Notes: generated from the sequence alone by a model not told the origin. A DNA stretch of 64,000 nt from Macrostomum hystrix (GCA_950097015.1 CATNEN010000002.1:8928001-8992000); one strand, 5' to 3'; shown: positions 1-13,362, counted from the stretch's first letter. Numbers and translations are program-made.

Positions 1-657
1 CTACGAGAAAATCTGCGCGAACAAGGAGAAAGGCAGCACTTTTTACTTTCTACACTAGCAAACTGTTAGTTGTAATAGTGGATAAAATAGCCGCACATGA
101 GAAAAAATGGTTGCTACAAAACAAGCGCACGGGCACAAGAACACAAAATGGATTCAGATTGAAGAAACTGGATGGGTGAATAACTCGATAACATTATTGT
201 GTACATACCGAATTCTGAACTTGGCAGCAAACTTGTAATGTATGGTAGGTACCAAACGATAGTAGCAAAGCAGGAAAAAATATACATCATAGGCACTTTG
301 AGTAGGAAAAAATGAGCAACCAAAATGAGGAAAATAAGTTGTGCCTTACAGTGTATACATGTTTTGATACTCAGTCTTCAAGTGATTCTACCGATAACTA
401 TTGGTTGTACTATTGTTTGCAATAGTTGGTTGGTTGGTTGGTTGTAATAGTGGGAAATGCAGATTTAAGCAGCTGGAGGGGGTGAATAACTGGATAAAAT
501 TATATAATAAACACTATAGACAAAAAGTTTTTCAGCAATATTCAGAGGAACGACAAAAACATTTTTTTAGTCAGTTGGACCAATTGGCAATTACTGCAAG
601 ATGATTAAATGAACATCATTCATTATATTCGTTGCTTTGTTTGAGATATCGAAGTGC

Positions 658-857
658 CTAGGGGCACGGCGTGTTTTGCAGTAAGCTAATGGCAGGAAAG
701 AAAATTGAAACTAAATAAAATCACCGAGGTTAGAGTTTAGGTAAGTTTTGGGTTCATTGTAACTTCATTTAATTTGACTTTTAAATTCAAACTTTGTACA
801 AAATACAGCAGAGTTTGAAAATAACTTTTCGATTAACATTGTTCGCCGTGTCCCTAG
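658..857. mobile_element. ~200-bp MITE-like element with 14-bp terminal inverted repeats
   Basis: CTAGGGGCACGGCG (658-671) and CGCCGTGTCCCTAG (844-857) are inverted, 13/14 match. The interior (gctaatggcaggaaagaaaatt...tttaggtaagtttt) recurs at 8884-9095. Confidence 0.6.
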
Positions 858-1039
858 CTTTGCCCTAGCAACAAATCTATCAGTCAAAAAAGTAGTGGGA
901 TAGCGAAATTATGCCCAAACTGTCAGTACCGTTAGAAGAAAATCTTGTCGCACCATGCATAAGTGAGGAATCTTGTCCTGTTATAGGAATTTGTATCAAT
1001 GTCGTACATTAACAAAACCTCTATGCTAACAGAGGCCCT

Positions 1040-4000
1040 CTATGCACGCTTACAATTACTACAAAACCAAATTCGCTGCCTAGGCTGCTTATGCAGCCCA
1101 CAACAGTCAAAATGAAACCAAATTTGGCAAGCGTCGCAAAAAATCGACGAACCGGAAATACGGAGGCGACAGACTCCACAGAAGTACTGTGGTGCTCGGC
1201 ACGCGTTCTTTATCATGCTGTTTAAGCATTTTGTATCGATGAAACTGTCGAGAAGCGGCACTGAGTTTCGAACATCTTCCTCGATAAACTGAGGAGGCAG
1301 CTTGTCGGTTGTCGGTAGCGGATCCTTCGTGCCTTGCATGATTGCAATAGCGCGGCGAGCATTAAAGAGCCAGGTAAGCATGCCTGAAAAGGAAGTTTTT
1401 ATTCCCACTAAAAATAACAGAAAAACTGATTTTCTGTACCACCTTTCCATAGTTTTGGTGCATGTGAACATTCTGAAATTTGGCCCGAATGTGCACACCA
1501 ACTTTTTAGCCAACACAATATAAAAAATGACTTTCGGACTTCTTTTCTGCTGTTTTCTTCAGTTTGTTTAGAACAGTTTTCTTCCGAAACACAGCTCAAA
1601 AAGAGCACACAGTCAATGATGAAAATATAAAGAGACGAAAGAAAAACAGTAAAAAACAAAGAATCGCTTACATTTAACTTTTCCGTCGTTATCAAGATCT
1701 GAAAACGCACATGGTCCCTCCACGCGTCTCCTTTTCAGCCCAATAACAGTAGCGCCTGACCCACTCGGTCGGCCCTTCTGCTTTACAGCCTTTGGAAAGG
1801 ACAATGATGTCACTCGCTGCCGTTCGATCTCGGCACGATGCTCAGCTTCGGCGCGACGCTCGGCTTCCGCGCGACGCTCTGCGTCCAGGAGCTGCCGTTC
1901 AATCTCGGCACGACGCTCAGCTTCCGCGCAACGCTCGGCTTCCGCACGACACTCAGCTTCCGCGCGACGCTCGGCTTCCGCACGACACTCAGCTTCCGCG
2001 CGACGCTCTGCGTCCAGGCGCTGCCGTTCAATCTCGGCACGACGCTCAGCTTCCGCGCAACGCTCGGCTTCCGCACGACACTCAGCTTCCGCGCGACGCT
2101 CGGCTTCCGCACGACACTCAGCTTCCGCGCGACGCTCTGCGTCCAGGCGCTGCCGTTCGATCTCGGCATGATGCTCAGCTTCGGCGCGACGCTCAGCTTC
2201 GGCGCGACACTCAGCTTCCGCGCGACGCCCTGCGTCCAGGCGCTGCCGTTCGATCTCGGCACGATGCTCAGCTTCGGCGCGACGCTCAGCTTCGGCGCGA
2301 CACTCAGCTTCCGCGCGACGCCCTGCGTCCAGGCGCTGCCGTTCGATCTCGGCACGATGCTCAGCTTCGGCGCGACGCTCGGCTTCCGCGCGACGCTCTG
2401 CGTCCTGGAGCTGCCGTTCGATCTCGGCACGACGCTCAGCTTCCGCGCGACGCTCTGCGTCCAGGCGCTGCCGTTCGATCTCGGCTTCAAGACACTCAGC
2501 CGGAGCCTGGCGATCTATAGCTGACATAATAAAATCAGGGTCAGTGACGTCCAGAAGCTCTGCCAAAAGGCTGCCAGATTCAGCGTCAGCAGGGCGCTCT
2601 GTTGCAAGGGGCTGGTGGCTTTGTGAAGACACAGTCAGCTGTACAACTCTGTTGTCCTTCCAAGCGCTTAGCAATCGAGAGAGCAGATCCATTCGACGCC
2701 TGAATTCAGCCATGCCGGTCTGTGCCCCGACTTCCGTAATACACGCGGTAATCGCTCGAAGTTTTTTATACTTCTGTGTCTCTGTCAGGACTGCTGGCTC
2801 CCTTGGTCTGTGTTCAGCAACATGAACTGATGCTGGCGCCGGTGGAGCGTCATTCTCTTTCTGACCATAGATATCCAGCCAGTAAGCTCGAGTCCAACGG
2901 CGATGAATTATTCCTTCATCGAACAGAGGTAAGCCATGGTGCCGACGAAATTCAAACATGTGACGACACGGCAGACAAAGGCAGCGGAAAGTGGCACACT
3001 GACAAGATGTCTCATTCACAAACAGCGGACCTTCGTGGGAAATGGCGACACCACCCTGTAGCTCAACCGATGACAAAAGTGAATATTCCTTTCGAATGCG
3101 TGCGAATGCATAAGGTGTGACTACACTACTGTAGGATGAGAGAGCTTCCGGAGGGTTAGCGATGTGGCGATTGAAGCTGTCGAACAGTGCGTGCTTGCTC
3201 TCTTTGGCCATCGAATCCAAAAGTAGGAGTAGATCGGCAACGAATTTTGTGATCTCCGAATTCCTGCCGGCCAGTTGCTTGACTTTCTGATGGAGGCTTT
3301 CCAGCCTTTGAGTACCAGAAGCTCCTAGGTTAATGGAGCAATCACGATAACACTTGACCCATTGCTCCTTGCACGCGTGCCAATTCGGTAGAAAGTAGTC
3401 CATGAATTGTGGTACATTGAGCCGTCCGAGCTTGTCGAACAGCTCATCGTACTCTGCTGGGCGCTTGGCTAGTACCATTTTCTGCAAAATCTCAAGAAGA
3501 ATAGTCTTCTGAGCTGCAGAGATTTTCATCTTTGTCTCAGTGACTTCTCGGCGAAAAGTACGAAGTGAGTGAAAAGCGCAAAGATTAACATTTGCTTTTG
3601 GAAAGCACTCCTGCAGGACTGCTATTGCGGATAGATCCTTGTCGACAATCAGTGAGCAGACTTTCTCACAAGAGTCGAATTGTTGCACGAAAAAGTGCAC
3701 AGCTTTACGAACAGTCTCCATCTCCTCGTTTGCAGTAAGCATCACTGCGACAACCTGACTCACGCCATTACCGTCAATTACTATTGGGAGGTACAGTGGC
3801 ATGCCGCAACTGTTAACTTTGTAGGTTGCATCGAACATAAGTACTTCTGGATAGGCGGCAAAAGTCTGCTTCATTTCAACAGATTGATAGACGAGAGACG
3901 ATACTGTGTTGTCCACTTCGTGAAGCTCGACGGTAGAACCGGGAATGCTGCCTAGCTGCTCAACAACGGCTGCTACGCCACCTCCAGAATTCCGATTTTT

Positions 4001-4290
4001 TTATATCTAATCGCAGGTTCTGAACGTCTTTTGCAGTAACAACTTTGCCGGTGGTCTTCATTAAGTGGGATTTAATTCTGGTTGGATTAGCACCTAGGTC
4101 AAGAAAAAGCTTGGCCTCTTCTTTAGCCTCATCAGAAAGTCGTCTTTGTTTCGCCGTGTGCTGGAAGGCTTCAGGGCAGATTTCGTGATTGTGAGCTCCT
4201 CGAATCTCCTTGAGCAGCAGCTTTCGGCCGTCGGCATTTAAGGTTACTATAACCTCAAAAGGGCACTTCTGCTTCCTCGTCCTACAAAAT
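1040..4290 (-). pseudogene. Mutator/MULE transposase gene (FAR1-like DNA-binding domain + MULE DDE + SWIM + PHD finger), split by a single-base frameshift
   Basis: 3960-4290 encodes CPFEVIVTL...HNHEI (FAR1/WRKY-GCM1 type). 1672-3916 encodes [14 protein letters not shown]...DKDLS...LCAFH (MULE) and [15 protein letters not shown] (SWIM). A phase-1 GT-AG intron at 1384-1671 joins this to exon 1040-1383, which encodes a C4HC3 PHD finger (CGVC...CDACQIWFHFDCC...CSNC). Removing one T from the run at 3996-4002 joins the two upstream ORFs in frame. Confidence 0.85.
1810..2500 (-). repeat. Coding tandem repeat inside the transposase ([12 protein letters not shown] / IERQRLDA units)
   Basis: Repeated 18-nt GCTCAGCTTCCGCGCGAC-type units and longer compound units. 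The transposase frame stays open across them. Confidence 0.9.
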
Positions 4291-6784
4291 GACAAGAAGT
4301 GAAATATGGAAAATCTAATCTACAAATGCACGTTAGTTTCTTTTCTGGCTCGGCCTCTTCTGACTTTCTCCCTTCAATTTTAGCGTTTGATCCTTTTTTA
4401 TGAACGCCGTGACTAGCGGCACAACAGCACTTACACTATGAAAATGTGGACAATAAAAATTTTGACAAGTATCTTTTAGAGCCACAAAAATATTAGGGCT
4501 GATGTAAGTCTGTGAGTATTCATACTCTAAAAATCACAACAGTTCAAGAATTTACAATATTGTTAGTCACATTTTCGTGTTTCATTTGAAGCACAAAAAA
4601 TGACAGAACTTTAAATGACACCTTCTAGTCCACTTATGACACATGACCAGTGACCACTGAGTATTTCATGAATGAAATTTAGACCATTTTGAAACTGTTG
4701 ATATAGTATATTCAGCCTATTCTATAGCATAAGATATATGTTACATGCATCATCCAAGCTATTTTCAAAAATGGGTCAACTAAATCCAACGAAATAATTC
4801 TTCTAACCAGTTCTAACTTCCCTGTATTGATAGCTCAATCAAGACATTGATAGCCATGCCCTTCAAGCATTAAGTCAATCACAGATAATTATGCATGCTA
4901 ATTTTTTAGTTGGCTCCTTTTCCAAGAAAAAATGATAGACTTGTACTTCACTTAAAATATTGGATAAAAGTCCTTGTCTAGCCACTTTGCTGCTTGGATC
5001 CAGTGTAAAGTTAGCACATTTGCAATTGGAATTCAGACAAAGGAAAAATAGAAACCCAAATTGCCTCCATTCTACAGTGATTGACAGTTTGAGGCAATTG
5101 AAATTACATGTGAGCCATAATAATTTACTGAGAAAATGGAGCTGGAACATGGTCTCAATTCTTATACTGATGACCAAAATAGACTCGGGGGAGGTACTTA
5201 TTAGTGGGCCATTCTTTTAAATTGCTGAAACTTACTTCTGCAGTGGCCGGTTTCCTTGCCCTCGAGTTTTGAAAGCACCATGCTGCTCACAGGCAAAGCG
5301 GATGTAGCTGTATGCCAAGTCAGCACTGAAGTTAAAAGGAGAATAGTGAAAAATATTTATATAAGATCTGAAAATCAAAAAAGGAGGGCAGAAAAAAGGA
5401 TTCCATTGAAAAGGGATTCAATAGGACCTTTCAATATGAGAAAAGGTATGCATAGACAATAACTATATCTAATCAGTAGACAGCAAGCTGTATCTTCTGG
5501 CAGATAACCAAAGTTCAAACAGTAGACAGCAAGCAAAATCTCCATGCAAACAAGGCAATCTAATTGGCAGGTAGCCCAAGATCTAGTTAGCTGTCCATCT
5601 GTCTATCTTATTCGATTGGCAATTGGAGGGCCAGAAGGGCCATTCTAAAATTGAAGCAAGTTAGACCTTTGATGAACTTGGCCAAAATAGGCCTTTCAAA
5701 TATTTATTCCACTTTGCATTGAAATATATTTTTTTAATTTGATCAGTACAATACTTGGATTAACTGTCACATTTTAGAGAAAACATAATAAATTCTCATG
5801 AAGCCAAGAACCAATGCACTTGATATAGACTATTGAAGTGAATACAAATTCTGGACTATTCTGAGTGTTACCATAAAGCCAAGACCTAATGCACTTGATG
5901 CAGAATATATTTGATTCATTTTAAAGCTATGCACCAATCGTATAAGGGAAATGCACTGTATGCTTTACAAAAGTATAGGATTGCACAAGAGAGAAGCAGA
6001 ATGGTTTTAGAGAAGCAGATCTTAGAAATTAAATCCTAGACCTCAAACTTCCTTGTCAAAGTTCTTAGATCCAGCCTTAGTCAAATATTTCAAATATGAT
6101 TAATCTAAAGTCTCTGAATCAAACTACTTGTCATAATAGCCATTCAAGCTAGTCAACACTCATAGACAATAGACAACTTAGCAAGATCATCCAAGGATCT
6201 CAAGGCTTCTACTGAGAACATTGATAAGTTATTATCCTGCTTCTATGTCTCACTTTTGGCATTTTATTATCTGATTGCCTAATATCATATTATAAGACTT
6301 TAATATTGCTTATATTGAGAAATATAATCAGAGAGGGTTTGTCATTAATAAAATGAATCTGTTGACCCCATGTTCTACCTTATTAACTAATAACTAATAT
6401 TATATTAACTAATTACTAACTAATGCCATTATAAGTCAAATAGTTAAATTCTACTACTTTCATAAACATAGCAAAATTTAAGTATAGAAAGCTAGCTAAA
6501 GTAGCTATATAACTCTTAGCTACATTGCAAATAGCAAGGCCAAGGCTAAGGACATAGCAAATAATGTTCATATATTATTTTTTAACTTACTAAAATAGTT
6601 TATACAAAATAATTAGCAAAAGCTGACTTGTAACAAATTAATATATGAGGCAGGCCATTATTGTTCACTTTATGCTTTACCCATTTACTATATGATCATT
6701 TTTTAATTGCCACCAAAAGTTATAATGCACTCCCAATTAATTTGTTTATGTGCTGCTAAATATGTTGTTTGAAACTTTGTCTGT

Positions 6785-7530
6785 TCACTCTATCACCATC
6801 TATCACCATCTGTCACTAGCTGTCACCATCTATCGCCACCTGTTACCATTTGTCACCATCTGTCATCATCTGTCACCATCTGCCATGATCTGTCACTATC
6901 CATCACAATCCGTCACCATCTACCATCATCTATCATCCAACATCACCATCTATCACCTTGTTTCACCATCTGTCACCAACTGTGATAATCTGTCACCATC
7001 TGTCATCATCTGTCACTATCTGTTACTATCTATTACCATCTCTCACCATCTTGTACAATCTGCCACCATCTATCGCAATCTATCACAATCTATTACCATC
7101 TGTCACTATCAATAACAATCTGTCATATTATGTCACCATCAATCAATCAATCCATCTATCTATCTCTCTATCTATATATCTATCTATATGTCTGTCTGTT
7201 TATCTATCTCTCTATCTATCTATCTGTCTATCGATCGATCTCATCATCAGACAGCTATCTCCAGATAGACAGACAGACAACCATCAGACCATCTATCACC
7301 ATCTATCACCATCAATCACTGTCTATCACCATCTATCACTGTCAATTACCATCAATCACTATCCATCACCATCTATCATCCAACATCACCATCTATCACC
7401 ATCTATCACCATGTCACCATCAATCTATCTATCTATCTCATCATCAGACAGCAGAATTTCTAATCAGCAGACAGCAAGTTGTATCCCCCTGGAGATCTAT
7501 CTATCAATCAATCTATCTCATCATCAGTAA
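6785..7530. repeat. Degenerate (TCACCATCT[A/G])n and (TCTA)n simple repeats
   Basis: Directly visible low-complexity arrays. The overlapping ORFs are artefacts of the repeat. Confidence 0.9.
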
Positions 7531-7659
7531 TTTTAGTAGACAGAGCCAGAAGGTCTGCAATAACTTGGGTGTCATCAGTAGGATAGAAGTAAAAAGTAAG
7601 AAAATGCCTTCTATATATATATATATATATATACTAGTATTGTATTATATATATATATA

Positions 7660-8814
7660 GGGTAACCTAGGGTAATTTCAGTCAAAATAGTGATTAAATG
7701 CAAATTGTGGTCGAAACACCATGTCGAAAAAATACCATTGACTTTAAAAGGCATGGCCATTTATTAGTGAACATAAAATAGTCAAGACTCCAAATAAATA
7801 TATAACAATAAATAAGTCATTCATTGTGAAATGAAGCACTATTCCAAGGAGTGAGTTGGGGTAATTTCGGTCAAATGTAATGTGTGCAAAAACTTGCCAA
7901 AGAAAAGAAGGCAAGCTGAAATACACTGAATATCATAAACAAAATTGTTTCTGATTTGCCATATAATGCCACCTGTGTCCAATAGTGGCACATGGCATCA
8001 TTTTGTTGCTTATTTGTAGATTATACCATAAATAATGCTAAACATAAATAATGCCATGATTGAAACAAAAAATAAAACAAAACACATTGCATCAAATGAG
8101 TAGCATTGTTACATATTTGCTTTAATCATTGTCTGTCCACAGAATGATAAATTACATGTTGAATAACAGTTTGACAAATGAAAAAAGCAACAATGAAGAC
8201 TCTTCACATGCTTATGAAAAATAAACCTGGAAATTTTGCCTTTTTCTATTTGGCAGCTTTAATAATGTACATAACAAGCAAGATTGACCTTAAATGTTTC
8301 TCTCATGCCTGCACTGTTTTAAGAAACAAAATCCATCTAACTTATTCAGTTTTCCTTATAAAATATGTCTGAGCAAAATAACCTCTGACCAAAATTACCC
8401 CCGACCGAAATTACCCCTGACCGAAATTACCCCAAAAGAAGAAACAACCCGAGCTTCCAAACCAGACACATTTCAGTTTGCTTTTTGCTGAGGAAAAAAT
8501 AGCAAATATCATGCTTTATATTTTTTACCTTTTTATCACGCATTGCTGAACTGAAAGGGACAAAAATAAATCACAATGTGGTGCCTATATTTAGCATAAG
8601 GCATACAAAAACAAAAGAGTTAGTTCATTTTTTAATATCTAGTTCATGTGAATTTTTTATGGAAACATTTTATTGCAAGAAAGTTTCTTCTCTTCTACAA
8701 ATGTATAATATTGTTTTTACTGCAACTCATTATTTTATTTATGGTGTTTGAATTTGCTGATCAATGGCACATTTGACCAAAATTACCCTTGACCGAAATC
8801 ACCCCAGGTTACCC
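7660..8814. mobile_element. Non-autonomous DNA transposon with ~26-bp TIRs and a TA target duplication (Tc1/mariner-pogo-type footprint)
   Basis: Left end is TA|GGGTAACCTAGGGTAATTTCAGTCAA; the reverse complement of the right end is TA|GGGTAACCTGGGGTGATTTCGGTCAA. Subterminal copies of GGGGTAATTTCGGTCA / TGACCGAAATTACCCC occur near 7857, 8385-8433 and 8774-8790. Confidence 0.75.
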
Positions 8815-8883
8815 TATTAGATTAAGTATATTCTAAAACATACTTAAACCCCAACTTTAATCTCAGTTTATATAACATTGTAA

Positions 8884-9095
8884 CTAAGGACATGGCAGGT
8901 TTTTGCACTAAGCTAATGGCAGGAAAGAAAATTTTAACAAATTGAAATGCTAAGGTTAGGGGCAGGGTTTAGGTAAGTTTTAGGTTCAATTATAATTTTT
9001 ATATATTATGGTTTTTAATCCTAACTTTGTACAAAGTACATCAGTAAGATTGAAAAATATATTTAAATTATTAATACTATTCTTTGTATCCCTAG
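8884..9095. mobile_element. Diverged second copy of the 658-857 MITE
   Basis: Shared internal sequence and decayed ends (CTAAGGACATGGCA ... TGTATCCCTAG). Confidence 0.55.
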
Positions 9096-9698
9096 TCATG
9101 GCCCATAGTCCTGAAGGTGCAAGTTGCACTAGATTAATCTAGCACACAAAAGGCCTGAGAGTGGGTGCCAGTGCATATAAATTGGCCTTTAAAGGCCAAT
9201 TTGGCACACTGGCGCAATCAATGTATACTACCTGGTACACTGGCATATTTAACATTCCTATACTGCTTGCAACAGTGGCATACATAGACAAATGCCACAC
9301 AAAAAAATAAAAAAAGACCAACACTGTACTATACTAATGCTAATCAATCAAACTGATGAAAAAGAAATGTACATTTTGTAATCATACAATATGATATATC
9401 TGCATCATTTCATTTCATTTTAGTATAATGACTTATGGCCTTTATATAGTAGTTAAAAATTTATTTCCTGCCATCTCTATACCATCATAGTATAAAAAGC
9501 TGTCAATGTGATAGCAGTGATACAATTAGCCACTTCATAGGCCTAGAAAAGATTATATTATAAATTCTATATGGCCAATATACTCTGATACTCAAAATCA
9601 TATACATATTGTGTAATCAATATTCTGATATAGCAGAAACATAGGGAAAATATTAATGATTTACAGGGTAAAAACGATTTACAAGCAAATAATTATTA

Positions 9699-9845
9699 CC
9701 TGAGAACTTTTGTTTTGCTCTTTCTTTGTGCATGCTCAATACTTGTTGAATCACGTCGCACCAAATTAATACAACTCAATTGCTCAAAGTTCTCCTTAGC
9801 ATTCAGTAACTCCTTAAATGATGCAAATTCGTCTCCAACTCTCAT
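9699..9845 (-). CDS. Exon encoding a ZSWIM3/FAR1-type MULE transposase N-terminus (MRVGDEFASFKELLNAKENFEQLSCINLVRRDSTSIEHAQRK)
   Basis: Translated by hand from the ATG at 9845; it ends at a CAG|GTAATA donor. It matches the VG-x-xF-xS-F-xEL...L-xx-RDS-x-[TS]I pattern typical of the N-termini of this family. It is not in the supplied ORF track. Confidence 0.55.
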
Positions 9846-11550
9846 GGTATGGTAATATTTATCAATCAGCAATCAGTATAGCTCAAGAATATGACAATGC
9901 CATAGACATGGCATAACGATATACTAAAACTTAACAAAGACATGACTATAAGATCCAAATGGAAAATGGCAAAAACAAAATGTGAAAGTCTACTTAACAA
10001 AGTGCTACATGGAGGCTATAGAACCAGGCGTCTCATTTTGATCAACAATAAAAGAAAAGAAAAATGGCTATCGCCGTGTACAAACACACAAAGGCGAATC
10101 CTGTGAACGAAGACACACCGCCACCATGTGCTCAATCTCCTGAAGACATTAAAAAGATGTCGCAATCACCCGTGTCACACCAAAATTTAGATAAAGCAAC
10201 AAACCTGATTGCCGAAGAACAAAAAATACGTGTAGAAAACACCCAGCACTTAATGCTTTTTAAGTTAAGACAATCACATTCCGGTGAATTCACCCATATA
10301 TGGCTTTATAAGAATTTGACAACATTTGTTTTACTATTCAAAATCTTCACGACATATGAATTCTCCACCGGCCACACTTATTTGAGTGGAACAAAAGTTG
10401 AAATAATGTAATTTAAAATCAAGAAGACTGTCCACAGGTCTGCAATCTCTAGCCATCAAGAAACGGTGCAGAAATTAATTGTACAAATTGTGTTCCTTTT
10501 TATTTGAAAATTGGTCGCAAGACTTCAATGGGACAGTACATGTATTTTGGAATATTCAAGCGCGCAATGCTTTGTCTGCTCGCACTTTCTTTTAACAAGA
10601 AAAATATAACTGTCACCTGATGTGGCAAAAAAGTAATAAATTGAGAAGCATAGTAAATCATGTATTTTCTAGAAAATAATGTCACTAACGTGTATTGTTG
10701 AACAAGTACAGTACATGTACATGTAGTTTAACTATTGTAGACAATTTAGGATCATGTGTACATGTAAGTGGGTCCCGAAATTTATGGAAAATGAAACTTT
10801 CAAAACTTTCTCAGAGCATGTAAGCGCGGGTCTTATATTTAATATAAACTTCAGTTGCTAAGTTGAACATCACCTACATGTACAGTGCATTTAACTTCAG
10901 CTACTGTACATATACAGTATGAAGCAAACTTTTGCATTCAAAGCAGTATGCAGTACATATGTAGTACAGAGGTGACGGCTCATTAAAAATATACTCTATT
11001 CACAATCGGGTGCATATAGGGCCAGTGCAGCGTGCAGCTTTGCTGCTAATTCTGTAGTCATTTTTCCTTGGCTAGGCAGGCGACCTACTGTATATATGTC
11101 ACTTAACTAGTGACAAGGTAACGATAACTAGTACAAGGTCCCTACTTCAAAGTATGCTTTGAAGTATGCAATTGAGTGGATATCAATCGTACATGTACGA
11201 CACTGATACCATGTACCACTAATATAGACATATAGTGCATGTAGTAGACATGTTCAGTTTAGTATACTGCATGGTGGTACACCGTTACATGTATGTCATT
11301 GTTTTTAACACTTACTGAAGCTACCAGCAAGAAGTGCCAACTTATGACCACTTATTGAAATTGCAAGAAGACCAAGTATAAACAAAAAAAATGCTATACG
11401 CATCAAAAGAAACATTATTAAGACCCGAAGACGAACTCAGGTCCACTTGCAAGCTTTGGTGTTTGCATTGTTAACCCAACTGCAGTAGTGTGTCTGCAGT
11501 AACGGGCATTTCCGATATAGTTTATTTAAAGCCCATTATTACAACCGCCA

Positions 11551-11883
11551 TCGCCGTGGCTCTAGGCACGGAGTGGTCAATAACTAGGGATACGGCAGCC
11601 GTGTCCCTATACACAGAGCTGGGGACACGGCGGCCGTGCCTAAGTCCACAAAGCTGGAGACACGGCCGCCGTGGCTCTAGGCACGGAGTGGTCAATAACT
11701 AGGGATACGGCCGCCGTGTCCCTATACACAGAGCTGGGGACACGGCGGCCGTGCCTAAGTCCACAAAGCTGGAGACACGGCCGCCGTGGCTCTAGGCACG
11801 GAGTGGTCGATAACTAGGGACACGGCAGCCGTGTCCCTAGGCACAGAGTTAGAGACACGGCCGCCGTGTCCCTAGTCACGGCG
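11551..11883. repeat. 115-bp GC-rich tandem repeat (~2.8 copies) built from hairpins of the CTAGGGACACGGC motif
   Basis: Unit starts at 11551, 11666 and 11781. It contains the perfect hairpin CTAGGGACACGGC-A-GCCGTGTCCCTAG (11814-11840). Confidence 0.8.
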
Positions 11884-12828
11884 TATTATATTAGAAAGTT
11901 TGTATAGTAGGCCTAGGCCCTATCTGAAATGAAATAAAACTTTAGAAGCATTTTATTTTGAAAATACTTATTTTCAAATGGAGAAAACAGTTTTTTATTT
12001 TTATTCAGTCTTTAGCATGTGTAACATTTAACAGATAAAAGTTGTTTATAAAAGTTTTATTGATAAATTTTTTGTTTGCCGTAGAGTTAAAAATGTTATT
12101 AAACTATCACCATTTTAAATATATATATATAAAAGTGAAAACTCTGTCTGTGTGTGTGTGTGTGCAACCTTTTGTCTTTATAGACGCCGAAACCGCTCAA
12201 CCAAATCGCATCAAACTTTGCACATACCTAAAACCACCTACGCTGAGTGCAATAGGCTACTCAAATTCCCGAAAAATCATTTCCTTCCTGCTCAAAAGTG
12301 CAAAAACCTGCTCAAAATCGTCAAAAAATCACGCAATTTGACATATCGTCGCCCCACTTTGTCAGATTTTCTCCAAATTTGATCCACTTACACTTTACAT
12401 GTTTTCCAACAATGCTGTCAATTTTGAACATCTCTACTCAATCCAGAGCAAAGCTGCATCATCTCAAAGTGAGTCACTTTTTGTTTTCCGAGGACAGCCA
12501 CCCCAACTCCCCTCCGCCACTCTGCGGGCCAAATTTTATTACAGCCACCCCCTCCCTTCCCCAGGCGCCGAAGCCCCAGACTGTACATTGTATTTCAAGC
12601 CGTGAATGTAAACAGCCCAAACCCCTAGACTGTCTACTGGCCCCCAAGCAGCACTGAGACTGAGTGTGGTGGCGTCCCAGTGCGCAGGGCTCTCCGGTCA
12701 ATATTTCTCTCCAGCCAGCCTGGGATAGAAGAAAGAGAGAGGCTGGCGTTGACTGGCTGTCAGAGAGGGCAATTCTGTGTCCTAGAAATGATGCCGCCAA
12801 CGAAATTAACTACTAACTCCTTCAGGAG

Positions 12829-13362
12829 TTGCCAGGTGCAGTTTTCACCTACAAGTCAAGTACAACGTTGACTGATGACACCGCTGTGGAGTATCCTGTT
12901 GAGTTTCTGAACTCTCTAGATCCTCCTGGAACTCCATCGCACAACTTGCAGCTGAAAGTTGGGGCACCAATTATGCTCCTCGGCAACCTGAATGCGCCAA
13001 GGCTGTGTAACGGCACCAGACTGATAGTCAGGCGGCTCTTCCCACACGTGATTGAGGCCATGATAATGACTGGATCTGGCAGAGGAGAGTCTGTGTTCGT
13101 TCCCCGGATTCCAATTATCCCCACGGACCTGCCATTTCAGTTCAAGCGACTGCAGTTCCCTGTGAGAGTGTGCTTTGCGATGCCTATTAACAAGGCTCAG
13201 GGACAGTCGCTGAAGGTAGCTGGCATCAACCTGGAGACTCCTTGCTTCTCGCATGGGCAGCTTTATGTCGCCTGCTCCCGTGTTGGAACTCCAGCTGGCC
13301 TATTCATTTTCGCACCAAGGGAAAGAACGAAGAATGTGGTGTATCCCCAGGCCTTGAGGTGA
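12829..13362 (+). pseudogene. Helitron Pif1-family helicase C-terminal fragment
   Basis: YPVEFLNSL..PG.P.H.L.LKVGAPIMLL.NLN..RLCNGTRL, QFPVRVCFAM.INKAQGQSL, FSHGQLYVACSRV and TKNVVY are present. The N-terminal helicase motifs and the Rep domain are absent. Confidence 0.9.

Noticed and set aside
4405-4416. 12-bp inverted match to 11872-11883
   Set aside because: Too short to exceed chance in a window of this size, and there is no flanking support.
6750-7660. Long ORFs over simple repeats (also 23692-24171, 29339-29908, 32803-33273, 36206-36922, 43828-44594, 51430-52104, 60328-60870)
   Set aside because: These are stop-free frames created by tandem repeats, with no coding signal.
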